IMG/VR virus record: IMGVR_UViG_3300026505_000008
Coordinates: 1 to 34,520 of that record
DNA: 34,520 nt
Source of the DNA: a virus
Lineage: Duplodnaviria > Caudoviricetes
Direction: 5' to 3' (one strand)
The notes beneath the pieces are model-generated. The model did no database searches and was not told the DNA's origin. It worked only from the letters and a program-made list of their open reading frames with translations. The position numbers and the translations under genes are program-made. Positions 28,292-34,518 of this stretch are shown in pieces (position 1 is the stretch's first letter; each line of letters begins with the position of its first letter).

Positions 28292-29434
28292 TTATTCTAC
28301 TATAATAAACGTACTACTTAAACCTCTCCCACATAAAGTACTCATATATGATAAATCTGAAAAATCATAACCTGCTTTATTTAGAGGTATAAATCTCAAT
28401 TTACCTGATGTAATAGATGGACTGTTAAAAATTATTGTATTATCATTTAGAACTGTAAATGGTATTGATTGACCTGAAACAGGTTCTTGTCTACTAAAAC
28501 CAGATACGGAAGTTAAATTTGTATAAACTGTATCATTATTAGTACTAAATAAAACCGTTTCAGTATGTGTAAAACCATAACCATTTAAAATAATATTACC
28601 AGATGTATTTGGTGAGATGGTTAAATCATCTTGAAGTAATACACCATTATAAAATATATCTGTAATAAATGGTGAACCAGATAATTCAAAGGTTTTAATT
28701 CTATCATCTAAACCTGTCGATACTGGGTATGTATAGGTATTACCTGATAAAGACTCAAAATTATCATAATATTCTAATTCTGTTTCTGTGTGAAAGTTTT
28801 GATCAATAAAAAATATGTTACCAGATGGATCATCTGTATCTTTAAATAACCAACCTTTAATTGTAAATGTTGTATCAGCGGTAACTCTTGCTTTCTGACT
28901 TGCATTTAACTCAGTAGGGTATTTCATACCAATATTACCATCCCATAAAACTTCACTTCTTATTTCTTGATCTACGCTTAAATTAAATGCCTCTGGTACT
29001 TTCCATGAAATAATTACATATGGATTGCAGAAAGGTACAAAATTACTTAAAATTTGATCCATATCAGTTTGATATCTAGTTAATACAGAAACTGATAACG
29101 ATACATTGACCGGTACAGGTGACTTAATATGCCGAGATACCTTTTCTTCACCTACATTACCTTGATAATAAAATCCATCTAATTTATTAAAAACTCTATT
29201 TTGATCTCTAGATATATTTGTAACATTAACCGATACAACTGGTAATGTAAGGGTTTTATTTTCATTTATGATATCATAAAGAACTCTTTGTTTAGGAGCA
29301 TATACATACCTAACATTTATTTTATCTTTTTCTTTCCTTTCTTTATTAAATCTACCAATGACGATATCATCGAACGCAGCAACAAACTGCGTAAGCATAT
29401 CTTTAATTTCGAAATAAAATGGTCTAGCTCTCAC
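28292..29434 (-). CDS. gp15: Tail sheath stabilizer/terminator gp15-like with C-terminal Ig-like extension
   Basis: FYFEIKDMLTQFVAAFDDIVIGR, YAPKQR, PVPVNVSLSVSVLTRYQTDMDQILSNFVPFCNP; GTG start after TAAATA. Confidence 0.8.
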   Translation of the reverse strand: MRARPFYFEIKDMLTQFVAAFDDIVIGRFNKERKEKDKINVRYVYAPKQRVLYDIINENKTLTLPVVSVNVTNISRDQNRVFNKLDGFYYQGNVGEEKVSRHIKSPVPVNVSLSVSVLTRYQTDMDQILSNFVPFCNPYVIISWKVPEAFNLSVDQEIRSEVLWDGNIGMKYPTELNASQKARVTADTTFTIKGWLFKDTDDPSGNIFFIDQNFHTETELEYYDNFESLSGNTYTYPVSTGLDDRIKTFELSGSPFITDIFYNGVLLQDDLTISPNTSGNIILNGYGFTHTETVLFSTNNDTVYTNLTSVSGFSRQEPVSGQSIPFTVLNDNTIIFNSPSITSGKLRFIPLNKAGYDFSDLSYMSTLCGRGLSSTFIIVE

Positions 29435-29438
29435 TTAA

Positions 29439-29906
29439 TTATTTATCCCAGGGAAACTGTAACCAACTGGTAGTATATACAGTATTACCAGAAATAGTGT
29501 TTGAATCTTCAAATTCTGTACCATTTCTCTTTATTAAACTGGTAAAATAAACATCTCCGCAGTCAATATTATATTGAGATTGTAATATTGATCTTACTAT
29601 CGTAAAGGTCTTACCACTATCATTAATATCATCAACTATTAATATTTTTGCCTTTTTATTAATCTTTTCAGGTTTTTGATATACTAGTGTATCGATAAAC
29701 TTTCCATCGTCTTCTCTTGTACTAATACCTAAGTTTTGTAGGTCTAATATACCTAGTTTATAACTTAAAGCTGCACCTGGTATAAGACCACCTCTACCTA
29801 AAGCAATTACACTATCAAATTTAATACGTCTATGTTGTATTTGATCCGCTATACAATTAATTAAAAAATCTATATTATCCCAGTCTAGTTTTAGTATATC
29901 TCCCAC
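29439..29906 (-). CDS. Type I purine phosphoribosyltransferase (Gpt/XGPRT-like)
   Basis: GRGGLIPG, PRPP loop ILIVDDINDSGKT, C-terminal WLQFPW. Confidence 0.88.
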   Translation of the reverse strand: MGDILKLDWDNIDFLINCIADQIQHRRIKFDSVIALGRGGLIPGAALSYKLGILDLQNLGISTREDDGKFIDTLVYQKPEKINKKAKILIVDDINDSGKTFTIVRSILQSQYNIDCGDVYFTSLIKRNGTEFEDSNTISGNTVYTTSWLQFPWDK

Positions 29907-29928
29907 ATACTAATTATAGTATATAACT

Positions 29929-30324
29929 TTAAGAAATCAAGCCTTTTTTCTTCATTTGATCTATAACTGATACGTAAAGATCTATTTTACTTTTTAATAT
30001 AAAACCGGTTACATTTTTATCAACTAAATCATGTATATCATTCTTTAGTCTTTCTAATAATTTACCTGCTTGACTACTGTCAATCATACCATACCCTTCA
30101 ATTTCTATTTCTTCATCACTTATACCATTAGGTGTATATGGTGAGCCTTTAATTTTTACACTGCTTACAGTTGGTATACCATATTTACGGTAAGACTGGC
30201 CTGGAGATGCTTCCCCAGGTCTATATTTTAAATTACCATTTGAGTCTCTCTGTTGCATATGACCTATAGCTGATTGATTTAAATTACTTTCATAAAGATT
30301 AAAAATTTTTGATTGATCACTCAT
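29929..30324 (-). CDS. Hypothetical protein
   Basis: 131-aa ORF with TAAATA motif upstream. Confidence 0.6.
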   Translation of the reverse strand: MSDQSKIFNLYESNLNQSAIGHMQQRDSNGNLKYRPGEASPGQSYRKYGIPTVSSVKIKGSPYTPNGISDEEIEIEGYGMIDSSQAGKLLERLKNDIHDLVDKNVTGFILKSKIDLYVSVIDQMKKKGLIS

Positions 30325-30365
30325 TATTATTATTTAATATAAAAAAATTTAATAAATATATTAAA

Positions 30366-30767
30366 ATGGAAAAGTCTATTACTTCCTTTCGCTCCTTTTT
30401 GGAAAATATTAATTTTGCTACTTTTTTCTTAGCAGCACTAGGTGCTTTATCTGCTTTATGGTTGAATAGTAATTATGTCTCTCAAGAAGTATATATAAAA
30501 GATCAACAAATAATTAGTTTAAAAATTGAAAGCTTAGAAACAGAAGCACAAACCTTACGATTTATGGCTCAAACAAATCAAAAAGAAATAAGAGAAATAT
30601 TACCTATAGTATCAAAAATTGAAAAATTAATTAGCAATATGATTACACCGAATGGTAATATTATCATAACTGATTCAATGAAAGAAATGGAAGTTGATAT
30701 TGCTGAGATAAAAAAAGATATCGAGTATATGAAAGCTCGACTATGGCCTTTAGATAAAATTAAATAA
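30366..30767 (+). CDS. Membrane protein: one N-terminal TM helix plus coiled coil (holin or i-spanin-like candidate)
   Basis: FATFFLAALGALSALWL followed by heptad-rich helices; ATG at 30366 after TAAATA. Confidence 0.55.
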   Translation: MEKSITSFRSFLENINFATFFLAALGALSALWLNSNYVSQEVYIKDQQIISLKIESLETEAQTLRFMAQTNQKEIREILPIVSKIEKLISNMITPNGNIIITDSMKEMEVDIAEIKKDIEYMKARLWPLDKIK

Positions 30768-31212
30768 AATTATTAAACTTTTCAACTAGATCTTCCCATT
30801 CAACACACTCTAGTTCATATACATTTTGAGTATACTTATCAGTCCTATCATTAACGTCTTCCTCACTATAATTTAGTTTTTTACCAGATACATTCTCAAT
30901 TTTACACTGCACCCAATGTCTATATTCATGCACTAGACTAGATAAAAAGAATATACGGCGTTGTTTTAAAGTTTTACAATCGCTACAATTCAAAGCTATT
31001 TCTATCTCATCTTCATCCCAAAAGTATTGCGAATCAACACCTTTAATACCTTTTACATCTATATCATAATGCCACCATTTTCTGGTATTTTTCAAATTAT
31101 TAGTATGGTAATTCAGGAAATTCTCTAATTTATACTTACTAATATTATACTTTTTGAACTTCTCTCTAATACTTTTACTGCAATTTAGTTTAATAGTAAT
31201 CATATAATACAT
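30760..31212 (-). CDS. Putative zinc metallopeptidase (HExxH)
   Basis: LVHEYRHWVQ with downstream YELE; start may be at 31203. Confidence 0.6.
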   Translation of the reverse strand: MYYMITIKLNCSKSIREKFKKYNISKYKLENFLNYHTNNLKNTRKWWHYDIDVKGIKGVDSQYFWDEDEIEIALNCSDCKTLKQRRIFFLSSLVHEYRHWVQCKIENVSGKKLNYSEEDVNDRTDKYTQNVYELECVEWEDLVEKFNNFI

Positions 31213-31214
31213 AT

Positions 31215-31230
31215 ATTATATCACAGTTCC
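31215..31230 (-). promoter_or_regulatory. GGAAC-box promoter
   Basis: GGAACTGTGA-TATAAT, the same motif as in the right-end gene array. Confidence 0.7.
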
Positions 31231-31233
31231 CAT

Positions 31234-31264
31234 AAAAAAGGTGTCACCTTTCCGGAAACACCTT
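31234..31264 (-). terminator. Rho-independent terminator
   Basis: aaggtgt...acacctt stem running into a T6 tract on the minus strand, downstream of 31289..31675. Confidence 0.7.
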
Positions 31265-31288
31265 AATATTAAGGATATAAATTAATTC

Positions 31289-31675
31289 TTAAATATAACC
31301 AAGATTGTATAATCTACGTATCTCAGGCCCTACACTATTATTACCTATTGAAGTAATTGTTTGGTCAGCTATATTACCAGATGATAATACTATAAATTCT
31401 AATGTAAATCTAGCTGCTAATCTATTTTCATCTATAATTGCAAATTCCTTACCCACGTAACCTACATCCACAAAAATTATGTATTGACCACCATCCCATA
31501 TTACACTTGCAGCTGATGTTATACCTACCTCAGTGCTTTTATCACCGTTAAATAGTATAGATGATTTCTGTTGACTTGGTAGAGGTAGACCAAGCGTCAA
31601 AGCGGATACATTAAAACCATTTATACTTAGAGTATTTGTAAATGTACCCTGATCAGTATAAGATTTTATACCCAT
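31289..31675 (-). CDS. Hypothetical virion protein, paralog of 31680..32087
   Basis: Ends GNNSVGPEIRRLYNLGYI. Confidence 0.65.
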   Translation of the reverse strand: MGIKSYTDQGTFTNTLSINGFNVSALTLGLPLPSQQKSSILFNGDKSTEVGITSAASVIWDGGQYIIFVDVGYVGKEFAIIDENRLAARFTLEFIVLSSGNIADQTITSIGNNSVGPEIRRLYNLGYI

Positions 31676-31679
31676 ACAT

Positions 31680-32087
31680 TTAAACGTAACCTAAATTATA
31701 AAGTCTTCTTAATGTAGGTCCAACAGAATTATTACCTTTAGCAGATAATGCAACAATTTCACCACCTGTAGTAGCTTGTGTAAGTGTTCCTTGAATTGCT
31801 AATCTATCGGCTGTAATAACTGAAATTGTTTCACCAACATATCTTTCAAAGAAAGAAACTTCAAATGAAAGGTCTCTAACATCATCATTAATTAATGCTG
31901 TAAAGGGTCCTGCTTCACCTACTAAAGCTTCTTTCTCAGTAAATAATACTTTAGCTGCTGGAGAGTCGATTGCACCTCCACCGACTGCTGTAATATCGAT
32001 ACCTGAAATACCAGTGGTACCAGATTGTTCGTCTCCTAATAAGAAGGTTGTTTCGTTAAAAAATGCTGTATTGTCTCCGAGTGCCAT
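31680..32087 (-). CDS. Hypothetical virion protein, paralog of 31289..31675
   Basis: Ends GNNSVGPTLRRLYNLGYV; TAAATA upstream. Confidence 0.65.
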   Translation of the reverse strand: MALGDNTAFFNETTFLLGDEQSGTTGISGIDITAVGGGAIDSPAAKVLFTEKEALVGEAGPFTALINDDVRDLSFEVSFFERYVGETISVITADRLAIQGTLTQATTGGEIVALSAKGNNSVGPTLRRLYNLGYV

Positions 32088-32103
32088 GTAATTATTTAAT
32101 CGT

Positions 32104-32403
32104 TTAGAAGTTTAATCCGCGCAGTTTTGCTCTTTTTTCTTCAAGAGTTAAAGTACTAACAGGGTTCTTAACCTCGCCTATCTTAGCAACTTGTTGTACT
32201 AGCTTTTCTTTAGCTAATCTCTTATCAAGCTCTACACCTTCTTCTCGAGCTAGCTCTTCAAGCGAATCTTTATCTAACGATTCGATATGCTTTTTAAGCT
32301 GTTTTACCATTTTAGATTTTAATAAACGTCGATCGAGCTCGATATCATATTTACGACCAAGCTCCTCGAGTTCATCCTTAGATAGTTTTTTTAGATTTTC
32401 CAT
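32104..32403 (-). CDS. Small protein with two tandem helix-extension-helix (Rho-N/LEM/SAP-like) repeats
   Basis: LSKDELEELGRKYDIELDRRLLKSKMVKQL and LDKDSLEELAREEGVELDKRLAKEKLVQQV. Confidence 0.7.
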   Translation of the reverse strand: MENLKKLSKDELEELGRKYDIELDRRLLKSKMVKQLKKHIESLDKDSLEELAREEGVELDKRLAKEKLVQQVAKIGEVKNPVSTLTLEEKRAKLRGLNF

Positions 32404-32585
32404 TTTAATTATTTATTAAATTCGGCAACTTGAAACAAAGCGCGCGAGAGCGCGAGAGAACAGTCGCGCTGATTTCCCGCATACAAGTAAGTCGCTGATT
32501 ATTGTCGACTTATATAATAACCAAATTTCTATTATACCTGGTTACCCCAGTAATATAGTAACTATGGAATTTATAAATATCGTAT

Positions 32586-32714
32586 ATGAGAACTCTGATA
32601 ATCTCAATACTGCTTTCTATATTACTAACCTCTTGCAAGACTATTCCAGGTGTTGACCCAGATATTGAGTTATTTTTACAAGTACCGAATTCAGAGTTTA
32701 TTATTGTATGGTAA
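32586..32714 (+). CDS. 42-aa lipoprotein (signal peptide II); not in the ORF track
   Basis: MRTLIISILLSILLTS-CKTIPGVDPDIELFLQVPNSEFIIVW*; lipobox LTSC; TATAAATA 6 nt upstream. Confidence 0.7.
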   Translation: MRTLIISILLSILLTSCKTIPGVDPDIELFLQVPNSEFIIVW

Positions 32715-32907
32715 ATTAATACCCTCTACAAGGGTGGGTTCCTGATATAGAAAAGCCCGGGGGTTATATAGTATTTTCCCGCGCGCATAAAATTTTAGTT
32801 GGCATGGTATATTACCTTTGTTTATTCCCCGCTCTATATATAGGAAAATTCGCACGTTAACTTCTCTGAGCGGGGTACCTCTCTGCGCAGAGGGGTGGTC
32901 AGCAGAC

Positions 32908-32941
32908 AAAAAAAGGGCCTAGCTCTCTCGAACTAGACCCT
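32908..32941 (-). terminator. Rho-independent terminator closing the small-gene array
   Basis: Minus strand agggtctagttc-GAGA-gagctaggccc-T7 (GNRA loop). Confidence 0.85.
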
Positions 32942-32960
32942 CCACAACAACACACACTAA

Positions 32961-33188
32961 TTAAATTCCAAATGCCCTTCGCATATCCTCTAGAGTATCA
33001 TTATAGTTATCATTGACCGTGCCGATCATAGATACCATCTCTGGATTAAATTTATCACTGAGCAATGCAATGACTGCTCGTTTAGTAGCCTCTTCACGGC
33101 TTGCCTTTATTACAACATCGATGGCATTGCAAAGCTCGCCGATGGTTAATGTCTCTTTTACTTCTTCTTGTGTGTTGTTATTTTCCAT
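32961..33188 (-). CDS. Small hypothetical protein, probably early-expressed
   Basis: Own GGAAC/TATAAT promoter 6 nt upstream of the ATG. Confidence 0.75.
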   Translation of the reverse strand: MENNNTQEEVKETLTIGELCNAIDVVIKASREEATKRAVIALLSDKFNPEMVSMIGTVNDNYNDTLEDMRRAFGI

Positions 33189-33194
33189 ACTACT

Positions 33195-33210
33195 ATTATA
33201 TCAGAGTTCC
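33195..33210 (-). promoter_or_regulatory. GGAAC-box leaderless promoter
   Basis: GGAACTCTGA-TATAAT-AGTAGT-ATG. Confidence 0.8.
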
Positions 33211-33226
33211 TATTTAAAGATCTTGA

Positions 33227-33433
33227 TCAAGGGTTGCTAGCCTTAGTGTTAGATATAGAATCTTCATCAGCAAGTCTATCCATCTCCTTCATGTATTCTT
33301 CAACTTGATCACACTCTTTACGAACGCAAGCAATAGCTGCTTGGACATATTCAAAGTCAGCATCCATGAGTGAGTCGTCTACTACCACCGAGAAGAGCCT
33401 CTTGATTTGTTTTTCTGTCCGTTTATCAATCAT
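33227..33433 (-). CDS. Small hypothetical protein (68 aa, MIDKRTEK...)
   Basis: ATG at 33433 preferred over the GTG at 33481, which lies inside a repeat upstream of a structured element. Confidence 0.65.
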   Translation of the reverse strand: MIDKRTEKQIKRLFSVVVDDSLMDADFEYVQAAIACVRKECDQVEEYMKEMDRLADEDSISNTKASNP

Positions 33434-33436
33434 AAA

Positions 33437-33472
33437 GTGAATGAGCAGTTTATCCTGATGCTCAGCAGTCAC
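33437..33472 (-). promoter_or_regulatory. Small RNA hairpin or possible H-type pseudoknot upstream of the ATG
   Basis: gtga-ctg-c-tgagca-t-cag-gataaac-tgctca-t-tcac: pairings tgagca/tgctca, ctg/cag and gtga/tcac. Confidence 0.45.
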
Positions 33473-33484
33473 AACACACACTAA

Positions 33485-33700
33485 TTAAAATCCATATTCT
33501 TTGTTATGCGCAACGCCCTTGTCGTGGGCCTTATCAGATAGCTTCTTAAGCTCCTCTTTCATATATTGCATAAGCTCTGGGTCAATGTCAAAGCCTTTCA
33601 TCCGAGCATTTGTCTCGAACGTTTCAGCGAAGTGCTTTAGACCTCCATCTAGAAGACCGTAAGCATAAGGGTAAGATACTGTGTTGTTATTATTTGCCAT
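33485..33700 (-). CDS. Small hypothetical protein (MANNNNTVSYPYAYG...)
   Basis: Start moved to the ATG at 33700, 6 nt after TATAAT. Confidence 0.75.
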   Translation of the reverse strand: MANNNNTVSYPYAYGLLDGGLKHFAETFETNARMKGFDIDPELMQYMKEELKKLSDKAHDKGVAHNKEYGF

Positions 33701-33706
33701 ACTATT

Positions 33707-33722
33707 ATTATATCTGAGTTCC
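33707..33722 (-). promoter_or_regulatory. GGAAC-box leaderless promoter
   Basis: GGAACTCAGA-TATAAT-AATAGT-ATG. Confidence 0.8.
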
Positions 33723-33724
33723 AA

Positions 33725-33883
33725 TTAGCAATTCTTAAGACGAACCATCACGTCCTTGTTTTCTTCGAGAGTTTGAGCGAAAAGAATATCACAAAACGCT
33801 CGCCATTCTTCTTCAGTAATGATCCCTTCATGGAGGGCAAACCATGCTTTTTGATATTCGTCGTGTGTAATCTTATCTTTCAT
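33725..33883 (-). CDS. 52-aa hypothetical protein; not in the ORF track
   Basis: MKDKITHDEYQKAWFALHEGIITEEEWRAFCDILFAQTLEENKDVMVRLKNC*; own promoter. Confidence 0.75.
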   Translation of the reverse strand: MKDKITHDEYQKAWFALHEGIITEEEWRAFCDILFAQTLEENKDVMVRLKNC

Positions 33884-33889
33884 ATTACT

Positions 33890-33905
33890 ATTATATCGAG
33901 GTTCC
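33890..33905 (-). promoter_or_regulatory. GGAAC-box leaderless promoter
   Basis: GGAACCTCGA-TATAAT-AGTAAT-ATG. Confidence 0.8.
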
Positions 33906-34081
33906 TATTTAGCGTAATCTACGAGCTCGTCTCCGCACCAGATGATCCATTCATCTGCGCCTTGAACAAACTTATAAGCATCGCGAAGACCATCTCGATC
34001 TTTTGGGAAGTCTTGAACCTCCTCGAGCCTCTCACCTTGATCGTTGAAGCGGACTATAGTGGCAGTGTATTGTTTTTCCAT
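33905..34081 (-). CDS. 58-aa hypothetical protein; not in the ORF track
   Basis: MEKQYTATIVRFNDQGERLEEVQDFPKDRDGLRDAYKFVQGADEWIIWCGDELVDYAK*; own promoter. Confidence 0.75.
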   Translation of the reverse strand: MEKQYTATIVRFNDQGERLEEVQDFPKDRDGLRDAYKFVQGADEWIIWCGDELVDYAK

Positions 34082-34087
34082 ACTATT

Positions 34088-34103
34088 ATTATATCTGAGT
34101 TCT
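34088..34103 (-). promoter_or_regulatory. GGAAC-box leaderless promoter
   Basis: AGAACTCAGA-TATAAT-AATAGT-ATG. Confidence 0.8.
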
Positions 34104-34107
34104 TATT

Positions 34108-34344
34108 CTAACCCTCTAGAGTGTTACACAATCTCCGAATAAGGTGACCATCGTGACCTTGTTTGTGAACCACCTCAAGAATCATCTCCTGCGAGACTAA
34201 GTCACCCTTAAAGGCTTTCATTATCTCAGTAAGAGTATCACGAAGATGTTTCTTCTCGTCTCTATTCTTCACTGCGGCATCGTGTGCAGTGTTAGCTTCA
34301 TCTCTGAATAATCGGGTGTAGTGTGGTGTGTCGTATCTGCTCAT
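34108..34344 (-). CDS. Small hypothetical protein, probably early-expressed
   Basis: 78-aa ORF with its own promoter. Confidence 0.75.
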   Translation of the reverse strand: MSRYDTPHYTRLFRDEANTAHDAAVKNRDEKKHLRDTLTEIMKAFKGDLVSQEMILEVVHKQGHDGHLIRRLCNTLEG

Positions 34345-34350
34345 ATCTAT

Positions 34351-34366
34351 ATTATATTACAGTTCC
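34351..34366 (-). promoter_or_regulatory. GGAAC-box leaderless promoter
   Basis: GGAACTGTAA-TATAAT-ATAGAT-ATG; overlaps the last codons of the upstream gene. Confidence 0.8.
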
Positions 34367-34518
34367 ATTAGTTTGTATTTAATTCCGTCAACCTCGATGA
34401 CTTTACCAGCGCAGGATTGGCTCTGAGTTTTGCCTTTCTTATAGCCATCGCTGTCCTCGTAGTAGGTCTTGTTGCCATTAGCATCGTATTCACGTCTCTC
34501 CCAGTCGCCATTGCTGTC
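34357..34518 (-). CDS. 3' end of a YD-repeat-like small protein (partial)
   Basis: DSNGDWERREYDANGNKTYYEDSDGYKKGKTQSQSCAGKVIEVDGIKYKLMEL*. Confidence 0.65.
   Translation of the reverse strand, partial: DSNGDWERREYDANGNKTYYEDSDGYKKGKTQSQSCAGKVIEVDGIKYKLMEL

Larger units (their letters stand above)
32947..33494. repeat. Pair of 24-nt direct repeats (32947-32970 and 33471-33494)
   Basis: acaacacacactaattaaa(t/a)tcca; 19 nt identical, each copy overlapping a stop codon. Confidence 0.7.

Noticed and set aside
491-29473. Short ORFs overlapping larger genes (491, 3293, 5027, 5734, 7445, 7865, 12345, 13152, 17440, 20541-21393, 27201, 29288)
   Set aside because: Shadow frames of well-supported genes, with no motifs or expression signals.
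30366-30410. N-terminal SFRSFLE resembling a T4 capsid-targeting sequence
   Set aside because: Too short a match, and it is followed directly by a transmembrane helix.
32464-32500. TCGCGCTGATTT resembles the 5' end of a SAM-II riboswitch as I recall it
   Set aside because: The downstream P1 partner (GCGCG) and the 3' pseudoknot strand are missing, the segment pairs better with upstream agcgcga, and no methionine-related gene follows.
32691-32909. 72-aa minus-strand ORF
   Set aside because: Its TTG start lies inside a terminator U-tract, it spans the hairpin-rich region, and it overlaps the lipoprotein gene.
33773-34111. + strand 112-aa ORF in the track (also 33013..33240)
   Set aside because: Antisense to minus-strand genes that each have a well-placed promoter.
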